Shown here: positions 32,201 to 43,996 of the stretch, one piece after another
Numbering within the stretch: the first letter of the stretch is position 1
Layout of the letters: each line of letters begins with the position of its first letter
Assembly: GCA_030704615.1 (NCBI GenBank)
Contig: CM060732.1
Span: 7,192,001 to 7,256,000 of the forward strand
From: Takakia lepidozioides
Lineage: Eukaryota; Plantae; Bryophyta
Length of the DNA stretch: 64,000 nt
Direction: 5' to 3'
The notes under the pieces: model-generated
Database searches by the model: none
Seen by the model: only the letters and a program-made list of their open reading frames with translations
What the model was told of the DNA's origin: nothing
Program-made: the position numbers and the translations under genes

Positions 32201-34303
32201 CATCAGGTGGACATGAAAGCAATGCATATTTTGGTGCAGACATTTGGCAATGCCCTCAAAGTTTGAGAGGAGATGCAGAATGAACGAATGCGCACATCTT
32301 GCAAGACCTTATGCAAATACATTAAAATGGCTTACATTACTTCTGTGTATCATCAATCCAGAAGGTCCAATTTTTTTGAGACATGTGCTCCATCCATATT
32401 ACTCTCTGACAAAAACAACTAAATGGACTATCCCCTATTTTTAAGACGACGGCGCCGTTGTTGAGATCTTCGAATCCAATGTCCTGTCTTCTTCTTATGA
32501 GCGTATGAAACATAAATGCTCTGCATGTTTCCATTTATTATACTACCAATCGTTGATTAATCGTCCAACTATGAACTGACAAACTAGACGGCACAATTTA
32601 TTTACAATCAAATCCCATGACATGTATGTTGATTTGTTCTTTGATTACACATATATGAGTAATGAGTACAAGTATTTGTGGCGACAATTGACTCCAAAAC
32701 CAATAAATTGATTAAGACACCCATAACAAAATGTTCAGTTACTTTATCACTTACTTTATATTGTCTTATGAAGGCGCCGCCACAAAGTAACATGTCAATC
32801 GTACAACCATCTTCTGAGGATCCACGTGTAACCCATCCACGTGTAACCCATGTAGTCCATTAGTGTAATTGACAAAAATGTCTTGTTTTAAAATGTGTTT
32901 GAAAAAACCCAAGACAAATAGAATTAAAATTTTCAGGTTTGAGTCAAAATAATTTTCAGATTTGAGTCTACCAAAAGTTTATGACGATTGACATGATGGA
33001 GCCATTGGTTTCAAAAAGCACTAACGCTAGAGGGTATAAAAAAAGGTTCATATTTCAGATTTGGCCAATTTGGCCTTTTTAAGGCCTTAGCCTTCGCCCT
33101 CGCCCCCCTTTCCCCCCTAGTGGAAAATACACCACGACCTTACCATGCTCTATTCAATGAAACAACCTTTATTTTTTTGTTAATAAACTGTTTCTATTCA
33201 GCTAAACTTGTTGCCAATACTACATGACTAACCCGGTCTTATTACTACACCAACGTAGTCTAGTATACTTGCACATTGTCCCTTGCCTTTCACTCCCCCA
33301 AACAAACACACAGAAACTACACAAGCACTTAACACGTCTCTAGTCTCTACACCTTGGAGACTCCCGTTGCGAAGAGGAGACGGAGGCGCCGCATCTCGTC
33401 CTTATACCATACCACCCCAATGCAACGAGCTGCTGCGGCGGATGGGGAGGAAGAAGGACACTCGAGGGGAGGCGTTGCCGCTGGTGGTGGTGGTAGAGGA
33501 GGTTTACTATTTCATGAGCAGAAACCATGAGCCATGAGCCGCATGAGCCGCATGAGCGGTGAGCCGAAGTCTAAGACACACGGATTTCATGAGCGGACTC
33601 CTCCAAATTTGGAAATGCGGCAGATTAAACATAATAGTTTTTTATTTGACCTTGCCGTTTTTGGAAGTTCCAGATCCTGTAATGCGGCGAAGATATGTCG
33701 TCAGTAACAAGTCCGCTCATGGTTTTTTAGATCCTCTCATGGAAATGAGTGACCGTGCAACGAGAAATCCAGTATACCACGGCAAAAGAACGTCGCATAC
33801 TGGCCTGTATAGAGTATTCCGCGGTTTTACATGCCTTAACATTGGAATGAAGCTGAGCGCGATTGAACCAATAGAGTCTGCACAATTCTGTCATCTTCGG
33901 GTATTCGGCGGGAAAGGTTTACGACTCAACTGGGAAATGCGATGCCGCGTTAGGGTTCGCACGTGCGAAATTTCTGGGCGGTTTGGTGTTGGCGAAGGCC
34001 GCATCTACCAGTACCTACGACGTTACTTGGAAATGCGGCGCCGCATTTCCTTGCCGGGGGTCAAATGAGGAAAGCAAAGTTTGGGAGAGCAGAAAAACAG
34101 GAACCCTCCAACACACAAAAATACATGCACGTGGAAACACGAGTGAATGACATAGTATTATCTTAGTTCGAGCAAAACATGTTACTGGTAGGCAAGACAT
34201 AAGTCGGACCTTTCTGTGGCCAGAGTCAGAGATACTTGCAGCAGTACAGTTCTACTATCTGAAAAGGATGGGCGTACCATTGTGTTGGGACCGCAAGCCA
34301 AGC

Positions 34304-37296
34304 TCACTGGTCCCCTGGATCCATATTCAGAAGAGTGTGCACCTCTTGGGGGCTCAACCCTAGTGCATGTATGAAGTGATGAGTTGTGGAATTACACCGG
34401 AGTCTCTTTAGGTACACGTAGTACAGATGCTTACAAGGGCAGTATGATGCCCCATTGTTCGCCATGATCTGGAAGTCGGTGCAATTGCAGGTGGGTAATT
34501 CTGAAATGGTGATGGTGTACACCTCATTGCGAACAGTTGAGCCTGCCGTGGCTATCTGATACACACGCCCGAAGCCTGGTGGGGGCACTTCTGTCGAGCT
34601 CTGGATTGTACAGTTCATCCGAAGTGCATTCCCCATCCTTGTCTCGTTCACTTTTGAGGGAGGTCGCCGCCTCTTTGGTTTCCCCCAACGGTGTGTAGGA
34701 TGCTTAGAGCTGTCGGGTCCCATTGTTCATGCTCTCACAGGGGTCGGTGGTGGAGGCTGTGGAAGCGGAAATGGTTGTCTGGGGACGTCAGCGCGCTGCA
34801 CCATCCAAAATCCTGCGGCGGTAAGGGCGTCGGCCTCAACCTGACTCAGATCGCAGCCTGGTTCCACCGGCCACACCGGGGGAGCCTCTGGCATTGTTTG
34901 TATGCCGTACTTGGGCTTTCCATACACGCAAGTCATAATGTCGTGCCTGCAGAACCAGAACTGGGTGGTTGTCGCCTCCGCAAACTTTGCATGGACAAAT
35001 CTTCTTGTAAAAGTAGGAGCAGGGACAGCCCCATCTAGATTCCTCCTTATCATCTCTAAACAACGTTGTCGTGTATCCACTCGAATTGCGGAACACCTGC
35101 CTCAAAACGACGGCTTTGTGCGAGCAATTCTCCACTGTGACGCAGACACAGTCGTCTTCACAATGGCTTGGCCATACTGCATAAGAGCGGGCGGAATCTG
35201 GGGCAAGCGAGCAGTAGGAATTTCTCGCACGGAATCCCCGCTTAAAGGCGATGGCGATCTGGAATTTCTTGGGGCTTCCACTGCTGGAAGATTGTGCGGC
35301 AACATGACGGGCCCTCGAGGTGCTGTCTGAATGTTCCTGTCGGATCTCCAGGAATTCTCTTCGCACCTGGGTTCCTCTTCAATCCTCTGCCTCACAGGGC
35401 GAGTACGGACGTCCCCCTCTAGGTGTTTACCTCTGCGGTGCAGAGGCGTCCGTTTGATCTTCTCTCGCAATGCTGTCGCCCATTTCAGTGGATTCTTCGA
35501 CCTCGAAGCTGTTCGTACCAACAATTCCTCCTTGTCCGGCCCAAAGCCCCATTGTTTCCCGCTCAAGAACTTGTAGTATGTGGCTTGCTGCATGATTGCT
35601 CTATCGATGTCCTCCGTTGTGGCCGTCACTACGTCCACCAGATGTGCGGCAGAAGACGCTCGCCAGGAGGAGTGCACTGATTCTGCCATATTCGTGTTCG
35701 GCATGTCCGTGTCGGAATCCAAGCACCGCTCCTACAAGGACACAAACAATGGTGAGGGACCAATGGAAAGGTCCGTAATAGAAAAACAATTGCACGAAAA
35801 TGACAGCATCATACCTCCCGCATGTACTGTCCGAACTGTTGATACCGGAAATGCCACCACCCCAACCAGCTGTGCAAGGCTCCCAGATTGGTTGTCTCCA
35901 CTGCACCTGACATGTTCCACCAAGCCTCGATGATAGCAAACTTAACCTCCGCGTCATCAAATGTGGGTGCATCCTTCCACGCCGTACAAATGACACGGTG
36001 TTCAGCCTGGAATGAGCTAGCAACAAATTTGGTAGTGTAGTCAGATAGACTCTGCATCCAATGGAATCCACAGGATCTCTCCTTCCCCTCCATTGGAACA
36101 TTGGGGTCCTCACCGTACACACGCCGCACCACTGCCTAGTTGGCCTGAGCGTTGTCTGCCATGAATCCCCTGAAATTGGGCTTTGCCAATCCCGCCCTTG
36201 CCATCTGCTCGTTTATGCCCTCCCACAGATGCATCTCCAACTGTGTGTCCTCCCCTTTCATCTCGCAGATTGCAATCGTCATGAGCCTCTTGGAGTGATA
36301 GTCATAAAACATGCGCACCCATAGTCACCCACTGATGGTTTGTAATTCGCTTGATGTGATCAAACATCACCCAAGCATTCGACAAGTTTCCAGCTGTCAT
36401 GCGAGTGACCAAGTCGACTCCACTCCCAGGCCCACACGTCAACATTTTAAAAATGTAACAACGATCGGATTCACTGCCTTGCCTGGAAACCTGCTACCTT
36501 GGATGTAGTCATATCCAGTCATTCGTTTCACCTCCAGGATTGAGTGCATGTCCAACCCCCGGCCGAACTCCTGCTTGCAAGATATGATGTGATTCCGCAC
36601 ATTTGGACTACAAACGTGTGAGACGGACTCCAACAGGTCAAGCATCTCCTCTTCGTTCAAGGGCACTCGGTCTGAACCATCTTCAGACATGATTTTGCCA
36701 AGAGCAATCTTGTGGGCTGCCTTCAGCTGAATCTGCTTTGGTCTGGCTCGGGGGCTCAATTTCACCTCCTCTTTTATGATGTCGTGTGCTTCCTGCACAG
36801 CCTCACGCATGTTGCCTCTCGCCAAGGGGTGGCAGTGGACCCCAACGTGTATGCAAGCTCTAGTCAAGTCCAGGAGCAAATGGATTACGTAATATTGCTT
36901 GGCTCTGCACACGGACATGCACATCGGTGGTTCTTTGCAATGTGCGCACTTGAAAGTACCCGCAGGAGCTTGGCTGGAGACAATGAATGGATGATGGGTT
37001 GTGCCAGTCCAATCCGTCTTGTTTCTCCGCCCTCCTTTGGAGAGAAAGTGGAAGCATGCGGGATTGAGGCACCTCAACTTCCCCGCACAGAGGACGTATC
37101 GTACATGAACACCATCAGCAATTTTCGTACTACTGGTCTTCGTCACACACCAGGGGTGTCCGTCATGCTTTCGATCCATGTCTGTTAACATCCCTGAGGC
37201 TTTGTTTGACGAAGTAACAGGTAGAAACTTGAAGATGACATTGCCATCGACTTTGGGAGGCAGATACGTTACCTTCCTGACTGGAAATTTGGGCAC
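34304..37296 (-). pseudogene. E3 MULE transposase, 5'-truncated, with stops and frameshifts
   Basis: Colinear with the E2 transposase (MDRKHDGHPW, GFMADNAQAN, CGFH, PNTNMAESVH, SWIM). Same intron position (~35735-35813). Confidence 0.92.
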
Positions 37297-39000
37297 CGAG
37301 TTTCCGTCCGGGGGAAACCTTTATACTCTCCAGGACGGAAATGCGGTGCCGCATTTCCATCCAACAAGTACGGTATGTGACACTGGAACGGAAATGCGGT
37401 ACCGCTTTTCTGTTCTGATTGAAAATCATAAACCACTGGAACTGAAATGCGGCACAGCATTTCCGTTCGAGTCTCACCTTCCGACATTCCAGAACGGAAA
37501 TGCGACGCCGCATTTTTGTTTTGTATCTGAGGCATGGAGCTGAGGGACGGAAATGCGGCACCGCATTTCCGTCCGGTTGAGACCTTCATACTCTCCAGAA
37601 CGGAAATGCGGCACCAAATTTCCGTTCTGACTGAAAATCGTGAACCATCGGAACTGAAATGCGACACCGCATTTCCGTCCGAGTCGCACCTTCCGACATT
37701 CCAGAACGGAAATGTGGCGCCACATTTCCGTTTTGTATGTGAGGCATGGAGATGTGGGACGGAAATGCGGCACCGTATTTCCATCCGGGTGAGACCTTCA
37801 TACTCTCCAGAACGGAAATACGACACGACATTTTCCGTTCAACAACTAAGGTATGTGAAGGTGGAACGGAAATGCGGTACCGCATTTCTGTTCTGATTGA
37901 AATCATGAACCACGGGAATTGAAATGCGGCACCGCATTTCCGTCCGAGTCGCACCTTCCGACATTCCAGAACGGAAATGCGGCACAGCATTTCCGTCCGG
38001 TTGAGACCTTCATACTCTCCAGAACGGAAATGCGGTACCGCGTTTCTGTTCTGACTGAAAATCGTGAACCATCAGAACTGAAATGTGGCACCGCATTTCC
38101 GTCCGAGTCGCACCTTCCGACATTCCAGAACGGAAATGCGGCACCGCATTTCCGTCCGGGGGAGACCTTCATACTCTCCAGAACGGAAATGCGGTACCGC
38201 ATTTCCGTTCTGACTGAAAATCGTGAACCATCGAAACTGAAATGCGGCACCGCATTTCCGCCCGGGTGAGACCTTCATACTCTCCAGAACGGAAATGCGG
38301 CACCGCATTTCCGTTCTAACTGAAAATCGTGAACCATCGGAACTGAAATGCGGCACCGCATTTCCGCCCGGGTGAGACCTTCATACTCTCTAGAACGGAA
38401 ATGCGGCACCGCATTTCCGTCGGAGTCGCACCTTCCGACATTCCAGAACGGAAATGCGGCGCCGCATTTCCGTTTTGTATGTGAGGCATGGAGCTGTGGG
38501 ACGGAAATGCGGCACCGTATTTCCGTTCGGGTGAGACCTTCATACTCTCCAGAACGAAAATGCCGCACGATATTTGCGTTCAACAACTAAGGTATTAAGG
38601 TGGAACAGAAATGCGGTACCGCATTTCCGTTCTGATTGAAAATCATGAACCACGGGAACTGAAATGCGGCACCGCATTTCCGTCCGACTCGCACCTTCCG
38701 ACATTCCAGAACGGAAATGCGGCGCCGCATTTCCCTTTTGTATCTCAGGCATGGAGCTGTGGGACGGAAATGCGGTGCCGCATTTCCGTCCGTGTGAGAG
38801 CTTCATACTGTCCAGAACGGAAATGCGGCACCGCATTTCCGTTCAACAACTAAGGTATGTGAAGGTGGAACGGAAATGCGGTGCCGCATTTTCGTCCAAC
38901 AAGTACGGTATGTGTAGCTTCGGGATGGTACTTAACGGAAATGCGGCGCCGCATTTGCTTTTTCACTCTAACTCATCAGACGCTGGGACGGAAATGCCAT
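37283..39000. repeat. E3 central array: palindrome GGAAATGCGGC(A/G)CCGCATTTCC every 53 bp, with a small set of shuffled spacers
   Basis: GAAATG starts at 37921, 37974, 38027, 38080, 38133, 38186 and 38239. About 30 copies in total. Confidence 0.95.
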
Positions 39001-39662
39001 GATATGTGAACACGTGGACCAACGGAATTGCGGCACATGTCTCCACTCTATCTGATTGAAGTGGCAGGAGGCGGCGTGGCCTTACCGTTGGATAATGATG
39101 TTTGTTTTTCGGACGGCAGGCGTACCCTTGACGATTCGAATTTTGTTATGACGCATAGTCCACGAGGAGACACTTTCGTCCAAGCCTTTCGAACCCAAGT
39201 GGTGCATCACCGCCGTTTCATCTTCTTTTGTCGTGTCTACTCAGTCACCCCTCTTGCGCCTTTTCCATCTGCACTCTTCGCCCCTTTTCCTTGTCTCTAT
39301 TCTTCTTATGCTCGAACCTGAGAGGGAGGGAGTGCGTGCGCCAGAGAAGAGACATCGTCGTAAGCTCTGAAAATTGTACTTCGGATGTTGGCCAATGCCG
39401 AAGGGGAGGAAGCAGATGCGTCTACAGGAGGAGATTGCCATCTCGCAGCAGCAGGCCACGCAGGCAACCCAGCCACCAGTGAGAGCTCCGTGCTATAGGG
39501 ATTCGCGTAGCTGATCGAGCACCGAAACCCCCCTCATTTTTCTTCTGCAATTCTTAGACTGTATGCTAGGAGACTTGAATGCAGAAGATGTTTGCATGCC
39601 TAACCGGAAAGGTGGACGTGCTGGAGGGATCGCATGAATCCGAAGAGCTGTAGGAAGAGTCC

Positions 39663-42600
39663 GTGGAGCTAACTGCAGCACGCACACCCAGCCGATCCAC
39701 GAGCACGGGTCTTCCTGCCGGGCCTAGCCCTGTGCGTTTCAAGGACGCGGCTTCGAAGGGCAAGTCTTTGCAGTTCAAAGCCCCAGAGAGCGACTCGCGT
39801 TTGAAGGTCATGGAGAATCGCCAGCAGGGGTCGGGCCCTTCTCCAGCAAAGACGAAGAAGAAGCAGCCCGTCTTTCAACTTGTTTTTGAACCAGACCAGG
39901 CCGTTTCCCCCCCACCTAGGCGAATGAAGCAGATTCAACTGCAGCAGACACCTTCACCTGCAAAAATGAGGAAACACAATGCAATCAAGGGGAGGGCGGA
40001 GCAGTCTCCCGCAAAACCGATTCCACGAGCTGAAGCCCAGTTCCTGCTTGATTTCCAGCCTGGTGATGTTGGGGGCGTCTCTGCTGCAGCGAAGGCAATG
40101 GGATCAACCGTTTTCGTCGATCTGGTACCAGAGGAGGGTGCTACCGCTCAACGTTTGCAACAAGACCTGACCACCGTTGAGGAAGATCTTCAGAATACTG
40201 CAGGCCCGGAGGAGGCCTCTGCAATTCCTGAATTGCCTGCAAAGATTCCCCAGAGTGCAGCTCCAGTTGGGGATGCTCCAGCTGCTCAGCCCCTACCGCC
40301 ACCTGCAGAAATGTCTCCGGAGGAATTCCAAAGTGCAGCGGATACAATGTTGGAGGAGACACACAGTAGCATTGGCAGAGTTCTGGGCAGCAGGGTATTC
40401 CAGCGGATTCTTTGACTCCCACTCTGTTGCATGGTCTCCCTTCCCATCATCAGGCAGGCACTTCCCGGAGATGTGGATAAGCTCAAGTTCGCATTTCGAG
40501 AAGGGTACCGTCTAGGTTCGCCAGCCTTCTACGTTTCCCTTGAGAATGAGGACGGCGAATCTCGTGGACCCACTGCGGATGAATTGTCAACATGGGATAC
40601 CCACTGGCACACTCGCAACGACGAATTCGAGGCAACGCTGAAGGGTGATCCAGACTTCGGCCATATGTCGGGTAAAATGTTCTTTGAGTGGGACGGGAAT
40701 CACCGACTTCTCGCCTGGTGGGAGTACATCAAGCAGAACCATGCCAAGCACATTGGCTGGCATTACATGGTGGAGTGTGTCATCCTCAAGGTGAAGGCGG
40801 CAGACTCCTCCTTGCTCAAGAATGCCATGGTGGACCTCAACTTGTAAGATACTCATACCCTCCCAAGCACGTTCAAAATGCGGTGCCGCATTTCAGTTTC
40901 CAATCTGTTTTGTTTCCGTGCTTCCGTGGACTGAACTGGAGAGTGTGCCTTGCAGGGTCACTGAAAATGCGTACGTGCATACCCACATGGCACATATGCT
41001 GTACAGGGTGAGGAAAACTGGTCTCACTGATCCGCACATGTTTGCGGAAATGCTGGAGCCCGAGCTCATTCAGAAAGCCGTGGCAAAAACTGACCGGACA
41101 TGGTATCGTCTCACTATGGATGGAATGGTGGAGGTGATATACGAAGTAAGTCGTCCTCCCATTTCCCTCTGCTCATCCTTCCCCAATTTTCATTAATCTT
41201 TCCACATAAATCGAATGTAACGTTTCTGCATGTTTTTGTTGGCAGTCAAACATCAAGCTGGATTTGGCCCATGCCAAATGCTTCTTCATGGAAAGTGAGG
41301 GGCAGGTCAAAACGTTGCAGTCATTGACTGAGCGCACTTGAAGGAAGCCGGGGTCAAGTCCAGAACAAAAAATAAGTCAAAGCTTGTGAAGTTGGTGGCC
41401 ATTGCAGATCCGGCACTTGGAAAGGACTTCATCCCCGAGATTGCAAAACACTATTCTCGGGCCATGCAGCCGACCATGCAGTTGGAGAAACTGCATCACC
41501 TCTCAACGACATGTGTTGAGGCGAAAGAGAAGGTGAGGTTTCAATGCACTGAAGTTCTTTTCTAGCAATAGCCACTCTTCTTCCTGCTCCTGACATTGGA
41601 TCGGAAATGGCAGACACGGTGGCTCTCGATCTGGAATTCATCGGAGAGTATAAGGACAATGTGGTCTTTTCCACTCGAAGTTTCCGACCCTGCAGTGGAT
41701 GTGTGGCTCAACCGCATGACTTGGTGGTTCCAGGTAATTCAAGGTACTTCCCCAGATTTGCTTTTTTGAAATGAATTCCCTGAACTGCTACGTGACAATG
41801 CATGTGGGAATCGCAGGTAATGACGAATGCGAAAGAGCAAGTCGTAATGCATACAAATTCATTCGGCTTGTACGTCAAATGGGATAGAACACAGACACTG
41901 GAAGACTACGTGACACGTTTCAGATGTGCGTACAAAGACAACCTCTTCGCCAGGGAGCTGCAGACAGAAAGAAGGAGCGTGGAGATTACACATCAGGAGA
42001 GAGCGGGAAAAGCTGCAATGCGAATTGTTTACAGGTGAAGCCCAGCTGTCCTTCTATGCGAAGCCTAGTTATGAGGTTTGTTTGGGAAATGCGGCACCGC
42101 ATTCGCATTTTATGTTTTCGGTTGCACTCTGCGAGTACGTTGCTCTCAACTTTTGCTCACACATGCTGATTGCCCTGCAGGTATATGAAATACGTGCTTC
42201 TTTAGACAGGGGCCCTGGCTCAAGAGCCCCCGTTCTTCATGGCTTGGACCGTGGCGGGCCCTAGCTGTGTCTACACACCCGAGATGCAGAAACAATGGCA
42301 TGCCGCGCATCTCGTTGGATGCCCGTGGTACCTGGACATGTCTGGCGGAATTGTTGACGAATCTGAGAAAGATCTGCATGCGAAAGCAGAAGAGAAGAGA
42401 AAGGAAAGACGTGTCCCTGCTGGGCCAGAGTCGGCAAAGGAAGCTGCTGCTCTGGAACAATCCAGAAAGACAGCTGAGATGGCACAGAAGACGGTGGATG
42501 CAGCTGTGCAGGCTCAACAAAAGGGGTCGAAGAAGAGGACTCGCCAGCAAGGAGCAGCAGTTGTGACACCCAAGAAAGCGAAGAAGCAGAAACAGATAGT

Positions 42601-43959
42601 GCAGGAAGAGGGTGACGAAGAGGACTCCGATGGAGACTTTGCAACCAGCCCAACCCCCAAAACGCAGCCGAAATCCCCTGTGCCCACCATTGTCACGAGA
42701 GGGACGAGAACAAGCTCGGCAAAGAATGCACTCTTCAACCCCCCGGGGGGGCACCCTTTCGAGCCGGTGGAAATGAAGAGGCCGAAAGTGGATCCCGATA
42801 CATTAGTCCAGTGTGTAAATGAGAGTTTCTTGGCGGCTTTGGATGGACGGGCAGCCAAGTTGGCATACATGAAGACCATGGAGGGTCTGAAGGGCAGAGC
42901 ACTGAAGAAGGCGGCTGCCAAAGAGCCTTCCGACACCCCTGGGTTTCTGAAGATGGTCTCGTTCTTTGAGAGGGTGTGTGCAGATAAGGATTGCAAGAGG
43001 GGCAGAAATGCCACCGAGTGGTTTTGCGATATGATCATCTTGGATATTCCAAACGGAGAGCCTGTGGAAGGACTGCAAGCTTTGCCATCTTGGAACAGGT
43101 ACTCCGAGGACTTTGGAAGAAAGGATTCGGGCTTGCCCGCATGGTGTTGGACGACAGAGGCTGTGTGGTTGTCCTGGCGAGCAGAGGCAAAAACACGCAG
43201 ACAGGAATTGCGAAGTGGACCCGCAGGAGCGCCGTCCTAATTCTGAAGAGGAAGTGGACGTGCATCAACACATTGGGCCTTCGGAGTGAAGGGAAGAAGG
43301 TAATTACGACATTGGCACTCGTCCTTTCATTTTCTTAGGAGTTTTGAAATGCGGTGCCGCATTCGATTTCTAATCGTTCCCCACTGTGTATGCAGACAAA
43401 ACAGTTCGATGCATACTGCTTTGTGAAGGAGAACTCCACCTTTGCTTTCCGGAAGGAGGGATTGTTGGTTGACCCGAACAGCGACCCCATCGATTACGAC
43501 GTCCTGTTCAACAACGTTCCCACGGAACTTCTCCCTCATAGCCTCACTTCAACGGAACCCCTACGGTATTCACGGACTCGGAGCCCTGCCTTCATTCAGA
43601 CAATTATGGAGACATGCACTAACGTGGAGGGCACAATGCTCGACCTCGTCTGTGGGACAGGTTTGCAGAATCTTGTTGTATGCTGTTCTGCAAATTCTCG
43701 TTATGCTTTAATTCGCAACATCTGAAGGGCCATGTCATAATGTGTGGATGGCATTGCAACAGGTGCCTCAATGTGGGCTGGGCGGTTTTCCGACCGGCAC
43801 CTCTTTGCCTACGAGGAGGACACATTCGTCTGGGGATCCCATCTAGAAGGGCTGCAACGGAATGTGAAGGCTCCCATCGAAGCCAAAGACTCCTCGGATT
43901 CGTCGGAGTCAGAGGAAGAGACAGTGGACATTGATGCCGAGGAGAACCCGGAATACGAG
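39663..43959 (+). pseudogene. E3 accessory gene: ParB/Srx-like plus beta-class DNA methyltransferase-like fusion, multi-exon, frameshifted, last exon missing
   Basis: WDGNHRLLAWW (~40690), DMIILDIPNG (~43030), RSPAFIQTIMETCTNVEGTMLDLVCGTG and ASMWAGRFSDRHLFAYEED. Intron positions match the E2 gene. Frameshifts near 40400 and 43110. Confidence 0.85.
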
Positions 43960-43996
43960 TGAGTGCAAAAATTGTAAGGCTTAGGAATGACACGCT

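Larger units (their letters stand above)
33499..43990 (-). mobile_element. E3: large MULE, sister subfamily of E2, truncated at its accessory-gene end
   Basis: Starts GAGGTTTACTATTTCATGAG at 33499. Order is transposase (-), palindrome array, ParB-MTase gene (+). No second terminus or TSD partner seen. Confidence 0.9.

Noticed and set aside
32200-33490. Terminus or palindrome array for E5
   Set aside because: AT-rich sequence with no recognisable TIR, TSD or array.
33490-33498. TSD partner GTGGTAGAG for E3, or a TSD around the E3-E4 composite
   Set aside because: Not seen at the junction or after 52085, so the composite is not shown to have moved as a unit.
37283-39000. CRISPR-like repeat-spacer look (22-bp palindrome plus 31-bp spacers)
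   Set aside because: Spacers are a few types reused many times, there are no cas genes, and the context is a eukaryotic transposon.
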